Origin: a candidate division FCPU426 bacterium
Lineage (GTDB): Bacteria > Oederibacteriota > JAAXVQ01 > JAUVAV01
Assembly: GCA_030637655.1 (NCBI GenBank)
Contig: DAOWGI010000010.1
Span: forward strand, 1-18,232
Direction: 5' to 3'
Length of the DNA stretch: 18,232 bases
The notes beneath the pieces are model-generated. The model saw nothing but the letters and a program-made list of their open reading frames with translations, did no database searches and had not been told where the DNA came from. The position numbers and the translations under genes were made by a program. Shown piece after piece: positions 1-7,205 of the stretch (positions within the stretch are counted from its first letter, which is position 1; every line of letters begins with the position of its first letter).

Positions 1-141
1 ACCACAGCAGCTTGAGGTGGTTTGAAGCCATCCCCTGCAAGACGGCTCCGAAGGGCCTTCCTCCATCTCATGCACAGCATGGATTCGCAAGAGAGTTATT
101 TACTGCATATTCACACCTCCCCGCGCTCCTTCGTGGCGCAC
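1..141 (-). mobile_element. 5' end (domain I) of a group II intron, RmInt1/class D-like; continues off the left edge
   Basis: Minus strand starts GTGCG at 141, then GCTGTGCATGAGATGGAGGAAGGCCCTTCGGAGCCGTCTTGCAGGGGATGGCTTCAAACCACCTCAAGCTGCTGTGGT, which closely parallels the RmInt1 domain I sequence as I recall it (GCUGCGUGAAUGAUGGGGGACGGCCCUCCGGGAUCGGCUUUCAGGAGCGGGUCUCAAACCAGUCCGAGCUGCUGCGGU). Confidence 0.8.
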
Positions 142-160
142 CATCATCAGCGTACCCTAC
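142..160 (-). repeat. Half of a GTAG-type REP-like element forming the 5' exon of the intron
   Basis: Minus strand GTAGGGTACGCTGATGATG abuts the intron GTGCG; same GTAGGG head as the REPs at 6687, 10104, 10443 and 16502. Confidence 0.45.
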
Positions 161-210
161 AAAGACTTTTTTCTGTGGTTTTGTTCCTGTTTTTCCGTCT
201 CTGTGGTTGC

Positions 211-690
211 TTACCACCCGCGGATAATCACAGCCAAAATGAATCCTGCTCCCATGGTGGTCAATGCTCCTGTGAAAATGTTGAGCATAGACTCCCGCAA
301 GGTCATGTTCCCTAAAACTCTGCCTAAGTTTCCATAAATAAACGGCACTCCTAAAACCGCAATAAGCGCACGCCAACCGCTATGCAGGCCAAATAATTCA
401 ATCAGGAACATGTACAGAGTATTTCCAATTAAAGCAATGCCCACTGCCGCGATGATCACTCCAGGCGCTTTCCAGGAAGTGGCGCCTTTGACTATTTTGC
501 CGGCCGCCCATAATGTAAGCGCCAAAACAGCAATTCCGCCTATAAGTAGTAAGCCTATTTGCAGAGCAGACCACTGGAGCCCTGCTTGGTATCCCCACCC
601 GTTGGGAACCAAATGCGGCGTGAGCAAGAGTCCCAAGGTCAACCCCAAACCAATAAGAAACCCGATAAATCCTTTTATTGAATGAAACAT
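211..690 (-). CDS. Hypothetical multi-pass membrane protein (~159 aa)
   Basis: ORF 211-750; ATG at 690 (MFHSIKG) is preceded by AAAGGAAAAC; about 5 hydrophobic Gly-rich segments. Confidence 0.75.
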   Translation of the reverse strand: MFHSIKGFIGFLIGLGLTLGLLLTPHLVPNGWGYQAGLQWSALQIGLLLIGGIAVLALTLWAAGKIVKGATSWKAPGVIIAAVGIALIGNTLYMFLIELFGLHSGWRALIAVLGVPFIYGNLGRVLGNMTLRESMLNIFTGALTTMGAGFILAVIIRGW

Positions 691-831
691 GTTTTCCTTT
701 TTTCTTTGCTTAAAAATATGCCGGTTTGCTATAAAATTAAATTGTACCAAATTTTCTTCGGCAAAAAAATATTTTTAGCGCTTATTTCTTATGCTTTGGC
801 AGGAGTCCTGAATATCCTGCGCGTATTGGGC

Positions 832-858
832 TAAATATTTTCAAGATCTACTCGATAC
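832..858 (+). promoter_or_regulatory. sigma28 (FliA)-like promoter for the V4R-like gene
   Basis: TAAA-N15-CTCGATAC versus consensus TAAA-N15-GCCGATAA; RBS AAGGAGG follows. Confidence 0.5.
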
Positions 859-878
859 TAAAAAAGGAGGAACTGCGC

Positions 879-1445
879 ATGAACTTTAAAGGCAGTGCCA
901 TTATCACGCGTCTCCGTTATCTGGATGAGCGAACGGATCCGGCAGCAAAAACCCGGGTACTTGCCCGGCTGAGTCCTGACTTGCAGAAAGAGATAAAAAA
1001 AGGCGTACTCAGTTCCAAATGGTATCCGTTCCAGTACTATGTGGAGATCAACCAAGCCATTGATAAAATTATCGGCAACGGGGATTTGTTATTACTGCCT
1101 GAGCTAGGACGATTTTCTGCCTCAGCTGCCATGAAATGGCTGTACTCTGTTTTTTATAAAATCGAGTCCCCGGAATTTATTATTAACAAAGCCTCTTCTC
1201 TATTCCGGCAGTATTTTGACTCCGGACAACTGAAGGTCTTGGAAAAAGGCCGACGGACGCATGGATTCTACGCAGTCGTGGATTTACAGGATTTTGCGGC
1301 CCCTTGCCGTGAGCACTGTCTTTCCTGTGCCGGCTGGATCCACCAAACCCTGGAACTTTCCGGTGCCAAGAATGTGCGGGTCACAGAAGAACAATGTGTT
1401 TGCCAGGGTGCCAAATCCTGCCGTTTCCTGGCTATTTATTCCTGA
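879..1445 (+). CDS. V4R/H-NOX-fold-like small-ligand-binding protein (resembles DUF2378/TIGR02265-type proteins)
   Basis: 188 aa, strong RBS; N-terminal KG, WYP motif, C-terminal GW...LELSGAKNVRV...CVCQG..SCRF with V4R-like cysteines. Confidence 0.65.
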   Translation: MNFKGSAIITRLRYLDERTDPAAKTRVLARLSPDLQKEIKKGVLSSKWYPFQYYVEINQAIDKIIGNGDLLLLPELGRFSASAAMKWLYSVFYKIESPEFIINKASSLFRQYFDSGQLKVLEKGRRTHGFYAVVDLQDFAAPCREHCLSCAGWIHQTLELSGAKNVRVTEEQCVCQGAKSCRFLAIYS

Positions 1446-1497
1446 GTTCATCATTGTGCCGGCATTTCAATTCCGAAGAGAAGCTCAAAAAACAGAA

Positions 1498-1941
1498 TCA
1501 GTCCTGGGGCTCAACACGGAAATCTTGAAGCTCATAGTTCTGCAGAAAGTCCTTGATAGCCAGCGCGTCCTCTTGTTTGAGATCTAAAAATTGAATTCCT
1601 ATCAAATAGCGTTTTCCTGAGTGGGGCCAACGCCACACTACGCGGGACGTAAGCGAAACCTTTTTTTTTACCGGAACTGCTTCGTCTTGCTTGTTCCACT
1701 TGTCAGCTTGCTCGAACTCCGGTATTCCGATTTCAATATCCAACAGCTGCCCGGTATCCAACTGTTCCCAAACCATCATGGCCACGCCACCAATGCCCAG
1801 ATCCCTGGAAATACTATTACTAAATATCGATCGTCGATCCTCTTGCCGGGAAGGTTGATACTGCACGTTGAGTTTTAATGGAAAACGCGGATACTTTCTT
1901 CGCTCTGCGATTGTCTCGCCGTGTCCCTGCTTTTCACTCAT
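1498..1941 (-). CDS. Stand-alone PilZ domain protein
   Basis: ERRKYPR (RxxxR), RDLGIGG, SRVVW, GIQFLDL. Confidence 0.88.
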   Translation of the reverse strand: MSEKQGHGETIAERRKYPRFPLKLNVQYQPSRQEDRRSIFSNSISRDLGIGGVAMMVWEQLDTGQLLDIEIGIPEFEQADKWNKQDEAVPVKKKVSLTSRVVWRWPHSGKRYLIGIQFLDLKQEDALAIKDFLQNYELQDFRVEPQD

Positions 1942-2076
1942 GCTTAGGCCTCTGTCCTGCGGTTTATACCTGCCGCGCTCTTTCAGCCGGAGTGTCGGTG
2001 TGATGATGTGTATTAATACTAATATTCCAGCTAAGGTATCTTATATAAATTTCCGGCCTTTGACAAGATAATAGTA

Positions 2077-2240
2077 AGCCGGCTGGTAACCTATCAGTTG
2101 CGGTACTAAAAGGTTTTTCAGGTTTGCTAGGAGCCTGTTGGATTTAGGCACAAAAGCGGATTTTAAACACTCTTCCCCCTTTACAAAAGGGGGAGAATGA
2201 CTTAAGTTCCTAGTACTGTAACTGATAGCTTACGCCGGCT
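2077..2240. mobile_element. Nested MITE-like/inverted-repeat element between the PilZ paralogs
   Basis: Outer IR agccggc..gtaa.ctatcagttgcggtacta (2077-2108) / tagtactgtaactgatagcttacgccggct (2211-2240), core 16/18; inner segment bounded by CTAGGA (2127) and TCCTAG (2213) containing hairpin tcccccttt-aca-aaaggggga (2174-2194). Confidence 0.55.
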
Positions 2241-2242
2241 GC

Positions 2243-2686
2243 TTAAGCGGCATCCACCTTCCCGTCCTGGAGTTTATACTCTTCCAGGAAATCTTTTAGC
2301 AGCACGGCATCCTCCTGCTCCAGGTTCATGAACTGAACACCTACTAAAAAGGTTTCGCCTTCATGGGAACGGCACCAGGCTACCCGGGAGAGCAGGGTCA
2401 CGGTTTTTTCCGCTGCTGACAGTGCCTCGTTGTCATCCTCACCGGAGAAGAGGTCTTGGATGCTGGGCAGATCGATTTTAATCCGGATTTCTTTGCCTAT
2501 TTCCAATTCTTCCTGCACTACCAGCGCAATGCCGCCAACACCCAGATCTTTGGTAATACTTTTGCTGTGCGAAGTATGTTCCCCAACATGCTCCACGGCT
2601 GCATAATTGACCCTTAATCTTAAAGAATAACGGGCATGTTTTCTTCTTTCCGCAAAGGTTTCGGCATGATGATCAGTTGGACACAT
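2243..2686 (-). CDS. Stand-alone PilZ domain protein, paralog of 1498-1941
   Basis: ERRKHAR, KDLGVGG, SRVAW, GVQFMNL; same length (147 aa) and collinear with the neighbouring PilZ. Confidence 0.88.
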   Translation of the reverse strand: MCPTDHHAETFAERRKHARYSLRLRVNYAAVEHVGEHTSHSKSITKDLGVGGIALVVQEELEIGKEIRIKIDLPSIQDLFSGEDDNEALSAAEKTVTLLSRVAWCRSHEGETFLVGVQFMNLEQEDAVLLKDFLEEYKLQDGKVDAA

Positions 2687-2739
2687 AGTTGTTCACCTTC
2701 ATTTCGTTGAATATCGCCCGTTGCGAGGCGTTTTCAGTA

Positions 2740-2766
2740 GTATCGGGTGCTATTCTTTCGGGTTTA
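2740..2766 (-). promoter_or_regulatory. sigma28-like promoter for PilZ 2243-2686
   Basis: Minus strand TAAA-N15-CCCGATAC. Confidence 0.55.
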
Positions 2767-2819
2767 ATCGAATTTTACTTTTCGCTCCCAAATTTTCTTG
2801 CTTTCCTTTTAATAAATAT

Positions 2820-2846
2820 TTGAAAAAAAACCACCTGTGCCGATAC
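2820..2846 (+). promoter_or_regulatory. Possible sigma28-like promoter for the GGDEF gene
   Basis: GCCGATAC -10 box at 2839-2846; weak -35 (TTGA at N15). Confidence 0.4.
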
Positions 2847-2878
2847 TGAAAATATTCTGTCTGAACCGGAGTTGGTGA

Positions 2879-3877
2879 ATGAAAAAAACAATTACAGCTA
2901 AAACCGCTAAACCAAAGAAGAAGCCTGCTTCCAAAGGAACGAAGTCCACGTTCGTAATCCAGGATTTTTCCATGCTGCAGGAAGAGCGGGATTTTGCCCG
3001 TTGGTTATCCAAGGACATCGCGGTCTTGGATTATTTTGCCGGAAAAACAGAAAAAGTGCCCCGGGAATTGTGGATTACCCTGGAAACATTGCGCATTAAA
3101 AAAGGCAAAGCTCTATATGTAGGATTACTGTATGCCTTGACCCACAAATATTTTCCTCCCAAGGATGCCCGGAAAAATTGGGATGATATCGTACAACATA
3201 AAACTAAATTATCTCAACAGCTCAAGCGCGATGTGAGTATGAAGGTTGCAGTCCTGGATTATTTGGAAACCCAAAATGGAAAATCCAAGGATTTGCAATT
3301 GTTACCGGAAGATGACCTGGACAATCTGATGCTCTTTGCCAACCGGGATGGTCTGACCGGATTACACAATCATCGCTATTTTCAGGAACGCTTGCGGTAT
3401 GAGATTGTGCGCAGTGAACGGTATCACCATATCTTAACCCTCTTGTTTGTTGACTTGGACCGCTTTAAAAAATATAACGACACCTACGGACATCTGAAGG
3501 GCGATATTTTAATCCGGGAGATCGCCACTTTTTTGAAACTTTCCTGTCGTCAGTCGGATGTAGTCGCCAGGTACGGCGGTGATGAGTTTGCCATCATTCT
3601 ACCGGAAACCAATAGCCAACAGGCCTTATTCGTGGCAACCCGTCTGAATAAAACCTTTCAAGATTATAATTTTGGATATAAACTGAACATGAATACTCAC
3701 CTGGTCTCGCTCTCCGTGGGAATTGCCTCCTATCCCAAAGACGGCTTTTTTGCGGAAGAATTGATTAATACTGCCGATACTGCTCTTTATCGAGCCAAAC
3801 GGAATGGACGAAATTGTATCTGCCATGGCAAACGTTTGGTTCGCACCCTTGCCAGGCGCATTAAAAAACGTACTTAA
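2879..3877 (+). CDS. Diguanylate cyclase (GGDEF) with uncharacterised helical N-terminal domain
   Basis: DGLTGLHN, DLDRFKKYND, intact RYGGDEF, RxxD I-site (RQSD) five residues upstream, SVGIA, ALYRAK. Confidence 0.95.
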   Translation: MKKTITAKTAKPKKKPASKGTKSTFVIQDFSMLQEERDFARWLSKDIAVLDYFAGKTEKVPRELWITLETLRIKKGKALYVGLLYALTHKYFPPKDARKNWDDIVQHKTKLSQQLKRDVSMKVAVLDYLETQNGKSKDLQLLPEDDLDNLMLFANRDGLTGLHNHRYFQERLRYEIVRSERYHHILTLLFVDLDRFKKYNDTYGHLKGDILIREIATFLKLSCRQSDVVARYGGDEFAIILPETNSQQALFVATRLNKTFQDYNFGYKLNMNTHLVSLSVGIASYPKDGFFAEELINTADTALYRAKRNGRNCICHGKRLVRTLARRIKKRT

Positions 3878-5016
3878 GCCCAGCCCCTTGAGTTGCGGCT
3901 CTGTAAAAAGACCTCGACCATCTCCGGATCAAACTGTTTGATACAATTCGCCTTTACTTCAGCAACAGCGTCTTCGTGTGAATAGCACTGCCGATACGGC
4001 CGTTCCCCGGTCATGGCATCATACGCGTCCGCCACGGCAATCAGACGGCCGAACTCGGGTATGTCTTTTCCTCCCAGGCCGTGCGGATACCCTCTCCCGT
4101 CAAACCGTTCGTGATGAAATAAAATGCCAGGCAGGGCAGCTTGAAACTGCGGGACTTTATCAACAATATGGGCGCCGTGAATCGGATGGTTTTTAATAAT
4201 TGAATATTCAGACTCGGTAAGTTTCTCCGGTTTGAGCAGAATAGCTTCCGGCACCCCGATTTTTCCAATATCATGCAAGATCGCCGACATACGCAACAAA
4301 TCCAGAGTTTCCGGTTTCCACCCCAACAGAGTGGCCATCTGTAAAGAATACTTGGTGACCCGTTCCGAATGGCCGCAGGTATATTTATCCTTGGCTTCGA
4401 TGGTACTCACAAAAGCATGCATCATATTTATCAGCATGCTTTTTAACTCCCGATACAACCAGGCCCGTTCCAGCTCCTGACCGGCGCTCATGGCTTCTGC
4501 GGCCAAATGAGCGACATCCGCATGTGTGAAATCAATGCTCTTTTTCCGGTTGCCAAGCAGCACAGCTCCCAGAATCTGACCGTCCATGCTTAACGGTTGA
4601 AAGCACAAACTCTTAAAACCCAGCGCCTTTTCAAATTGAAAATCATTTCCGGCAGCAAGGGTCTGTTCTGCAAAAACATGTGTTTTATCCAGTCCGGCCG
4701 GAAGCGTCTGCTGCAGACGTTGTATTGACCAGGCCAAGTTCTGAATGGAAGCTAACGAAAGATCAACACCCCGTGCCTCGTAAAATTCCAGACGCTGCCG
4801 CTCTTCTTCAATGACCAAAATAATCCCTTTGGTGGCTTGCGCTGCTTCAAACAAGCGGTCTAGTATGGAACGCAAAACATAACGTTCATCAAAAAACCCT
4901 ACCACCTTCATACCAAAAAGACTTGTGATTTTTTTCCGGGCAATCGTTGCCAGTAGTTGCTTGATACGGCGCTGGCTAAAGCGGGATGTAGCACTGTTGG
5001 AAACGATTTTGGACAT
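3874..5016 (-). CDS. GAF + HD-GYP c-di-GMP phosphodiesterase
   Basis: HSERV, LHDIGK, HHERFDGRGYP, VADAYDAM, RPYR; GAF-like N-region. ATG 5016 preferred over TTG 5124 because of a GGAG RBS and the promoter at 5102-5128. Confidence 0.93.
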   Translation of the reverse strand: MSKIVSNSATSRFSQRRIKQLLATIARKKITSLFGMKVVGFFDERYVLRSILDRLFEAAQATKGIILVIEEERQRLEFYEARGVDLSLASIQNLAWSIQRLQQTLPAGLDKTHVFAEQTLAAGNDFQFEKALGFKSLCFQPLSMDGQILGAVLLGNRKKSIDFTHADVAHLAAEAMSAGQELERAWLYRELKSMLINMMHAFVSTIEAKDKYTCGHSERVTKYSLQMATLLGWKPETLDLLRMSAILHDIGKIGVPEAILLKPEKLTESEYSIIKNHPIHGAHIVDKVPQFQAALPGILFHHERFDGRGYPHGLGGKDIPEFGRLIAVADAYDAMTGERPYRQCYSHEDAVAEVKANCIKQFDPEMVEVFLQSRNSRGWA

Positions 5017-5101
5017 GAATGACTGCTCCCGGGAAAGTCCTGCTTCATTTTTTAAGAGCCGGAACCTTCCGCTTTGCGCTAAGTTTGCTTTGTGATTAGT
5101 A

Positions 5102-5128
5102 TTATCGGCTTTCTCCCGGATCAATTAA
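5102..5128 (-). promoter_or_regulatory. sigma28-like promoter for the HD-GYP gene
   Basis: Minus strand TTAA-N15-GCCGATAA (perfect -10), just downstream of the menA terminator. Confidence 0.65.
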
Positions 5129-5139
5129 CTTTTTGTTTT

Positions 5140-5175
5140 AAAAAAAGCCGGCAGCGACCAAAGCTGCCGGCTTTT
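5140..5175 (-). terminator. Rho-independent terminator after the menA-like gene (possibly bidirectional)
   Basis: aaaagccggcagc-gaccaaa-gctgccggctttt; T7 tract on the minus strand. Confidence 0.8.
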
Positions 5176-5196
5176 ACCTGCACCCGGGATTTGGAC

Positions 5197-6102
5197 TTAT
5201 AAGAAATAAGCGACGGCAATCAATACATTCGTGCCAATGACAACTCCAACGTTGGCTCCCATGGCCGGAACTATTTTTTCAAAAACATCACTAAACCGCA
5301 AAGCGCGATTCATTGCCAACAGTGCCAGGGGCAAGGTCAATAGTGTTATTAATATCTGAGGCGGGAACCATTGCAGCATAGCACCGCTGATCAAAATGGA
5401 GTACTGGAGTATTATCGCCAGACTATACACCATAGCTGCTTTTTTTCTCCCGAGCCGGATAACCAGATGTTTGCGCCCGCCCAGACGATCTGCTTCCACA
5501 TCCGGGAACTCATTGAGCAACAGTAGCAGCGAAGTGAGAATTCCTGGTGGAATGGATAACCACAGCACTGACCAGGTTACTGTTTGGGCTTGGACCAGAT
5601 AGGTTCCCAGCACCACCAAGGTCCCTAATGTCAGTCCGGCCATAACTTCGCCCAAAGCCCATTTGGCCAGATGGGTGGTATAAAAAATAGTGGTGAATCC
5701 GCCAACCGCCATAATTGCCAAAACCCACCAGCTGGATATGGCGGCCAAATACAGACCCAAACCACCCGCTCCCAGCAAGCAAATCCAAGCCACAACCACT
5801 ACACTCCGGGGGCTGGTAAGACCTTTTTGTAAATTACCACTACCTCCTGAAAAAGGTGTTCTTTGGGTCCGGCTGTCAATCCCAGTGTGAAAGTCCGAAT
5901 ATTCATTAAACAAATTCACCGCCACATGCGCTAAAATCACTCCTGTCAGGGAAAGCAACCACGGGAGTAGCGAAAACACCCCATCCGCATGGGCCGCTGC
6001 TCCGCCAACTAAAGTAAGCGCTATGGAGAGAATAAGAAAGGGGGCGCGAATTTGCCTGGCCCAAATTTTTGGGGTTGGTTCGGATTTATTTGTTGCCACC
6101 AT
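5197..6102 (-). CDS. menA: UbiA-family prenyltransferase, MenA-like (1,4-dihydroxy-2-naphthoate polyprenyltransferase)
   Basis: NLFNEYSDFHTGID and NEFPDVEAD aspartate-rich motifs, PFSGGSG, about 8-9 TM segments. Confidence 0.8.
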   Translation of the reverse strand: MVATNKSEPTPKIWARQIRAPFLILSIALTLVGGAAAHADGVFSLLPWLLSLTGVILAHVAVNLFNEYSDFHTGIDSRTQRTPFSGGSGNLQKGLTSPRSVVVVAWICLLGAGGLGLYLAAISSWWVLAIMAVGGFTTIFYTTHLAKWALGEVMAGLTLGTLVVLGTYLVQAQTVTWSVLWLSIPPGILTSLLLLLNEFPDVEADRLGGRKHLVIRLGRKKAAMVYSLAIILQYSILISGAMLQWFPPQILITLLTLPLALLAMNRALRFSDVFEKIVPAMGANVGVVIGTNVLIAVAYFL

Positions 6103-6217
6103 TGTGCCTTGCTCCTTTTATATGATTATTTAGAATATTTTATACCAGGCTTTCTTGTTTTCTACCAGGTCTTTTCCGCTGTGATCAAGATTTTCTGTAA
6201 AAACCATCGCTTGGGAA

Positions 6218-6244
6218 TTAATCATTTCTGTTTTGTGCCGATCC
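6218..6244 (+). promoter_or_regulatory. sigma28-like promoter for PilZ 6301-6687
   Basis: TTAA-N15-GCCGATCC. Confidence 0.45.
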
Positions 6245-6300
6245 TTAGAATGCGAGAAAAAACAAACGAGTAAGTTTTTTTAAGAAGGAGGTTGTGCATT

Positions 6301-6687
6301 ATGCCGGAGAGAAGAAAATATAAAAGAATGGATGTCAATCTGCCCATCCTGTGCAATATAAAAAATCACAACAACGCGCTGCTGATCTCAGCCGTGGGTA
6401 AAGTAGATAACATCTGTCTGGGAGGTATGAAAATACACTTGCCCATTGAATTGGTTCCGCTTAAATCCCGTATAGTGGAATACACCCTGGAACTCCCTGA
6501 TCCTCTGACACCCTTGGAAGGTGAAGGCGTTATTCGGTGGGGCTATTGGGATGATACTGCCCGGGAATCGAGTTTTGGTATGGAGCTTTGCTCTCTACAC
6601 GATGAACAGTTGGCCGCTCTGGAGTCTGTTTTGATAAAATTGGTCGGTGATCGCGAATCGTTATTTATGACCACTATGACCAATTAG
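6301..6687 (+). CDS. Stand-alone PilZ domain protein
   Basis: RBS AAGGAGG at 6285-6291; ERRKYKR, NICLGG, GVIRW, FGMEL. Confidence 0.85.
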   Translation: MPERRKYKRMDVNLPILCNIKNHNNALLISAVGKVDNICLGGMKIHLPIELVPLKSRIVEYTLELPDPLTPLEGEGVIRWGYWDDTARESSFGMELCSLHDEQLAALESVLIKLVGDRESLFMTTMTN

Positions 6688-6714
6688 TAGGGACACGGCC
6701 TGCCGTGCCCCTAC
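6687..6714. repeat. GTAG-type REP palindrome (28 bp) overlapping the PilZ stop codon
   Basis: gtagggacacggcctgccgtgcccctac. Confidence 0.8.
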
Positions 6715-6744
6715 AGAATAAATAATAATTGCCCGGACACAGAC

Positions 6745-6774
6745 CTGGCATCTTTTTCCTGCCTCTGATATAAT
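6745..6774 (+). promoter_or_regulatory. Putative sigma70 promoter for the glp operon
   Basis: Extended -10 TGaTATAAT (6766-6774); CTGGCA -35 at 18-bp spacing. Confidence 0.45.
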
Positions 6775-6793
6775 AAAATTTAATAGCCCATGT

Positions 6794-6997
6794 TAGAGTC
6801 GTGTCTCTTAAATAGCTTTACATTTGGTAATGCCATTTTGCTGCGAACTTCCCTTGGTCCGTCACCCCGGAATGGTTTTATCCGGGGTCCAGAATGATTT
6901 TGATTACCAACGCCTCTGGATTCCGGCTTAAAGCATACCGGAATGACAGCTTAAAAACAAAATCCAAATGTAAAGAAGCGTTAGAGACACTACACTA
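6794..6997. mobile_element. MITE-like element 1 carrying a CGTC-type REP doublet
   Basis: Ends tagagtcgtgtctct / agagacactacacta (13/15) plus subterminal ctttacatttgg / ccaaatgtaaag; inside, cgtcaccccgg..ccggggtccag (6860-6892) and ctggattccggc..ccggaatgac (6916-6947). Confidence 0.75.
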
Positions 6998-7156
6998 GTG
7001 TGGTGTCTCAGAAATTCTATCAATATGTCACCCCGGCATGATTTTAGCCGGGGTCCAGAAAAGGATTGTTTTTTACTGATAAATTTATGGATTCCGGCTG
7101 AAAGCATGCCGGAATGACAACATATTAATTCCAAGTACTTGTGAGACACGACACTA
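6996..7156. mobile_element. MITE-like element 2 carrying a CGTC-type REP doublet
   Basis: Ends tagtgtggtgtctca / tgagacacgacacta (14/15); shares the TA of CTAG (6995-6998) with element 1; inside, tgtcaccccggc..gccggggtccag (7026-7058) and tggattccggc..gccggaatgaca (7088-7119). Confidence 0.75.
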
Positions 7157-7205
7157 GAGTATGCAGATACTGTTAGTTCACGCTTCGCTCCAGGAGGCCT
7201 TACCC

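Noticed and set aside
12-376. Short ORFs 12-227, 22-315 and 68-376
   Set aside because: They overlap intron RNA sequence and the membrane-protein gene, with no recognisable motifs.
1990-2022. sigma28 promoter for PilZ 1498-1941 (ACCGACAC box)
   Set aside because: Poor -10 match and no TAAA at 15-bp spacing.
5017-5124. N-terminal extension of HD-GYP from TTG 5124
   Set aside because: No RBS, and it overlaps the predicted promoter; ATG 5016 fits better.
6928-7149. 73-aa ORF with repeated CHSGML
   Set aside because: It is a translation of the REP doublets and TIRs, not a credible gene.
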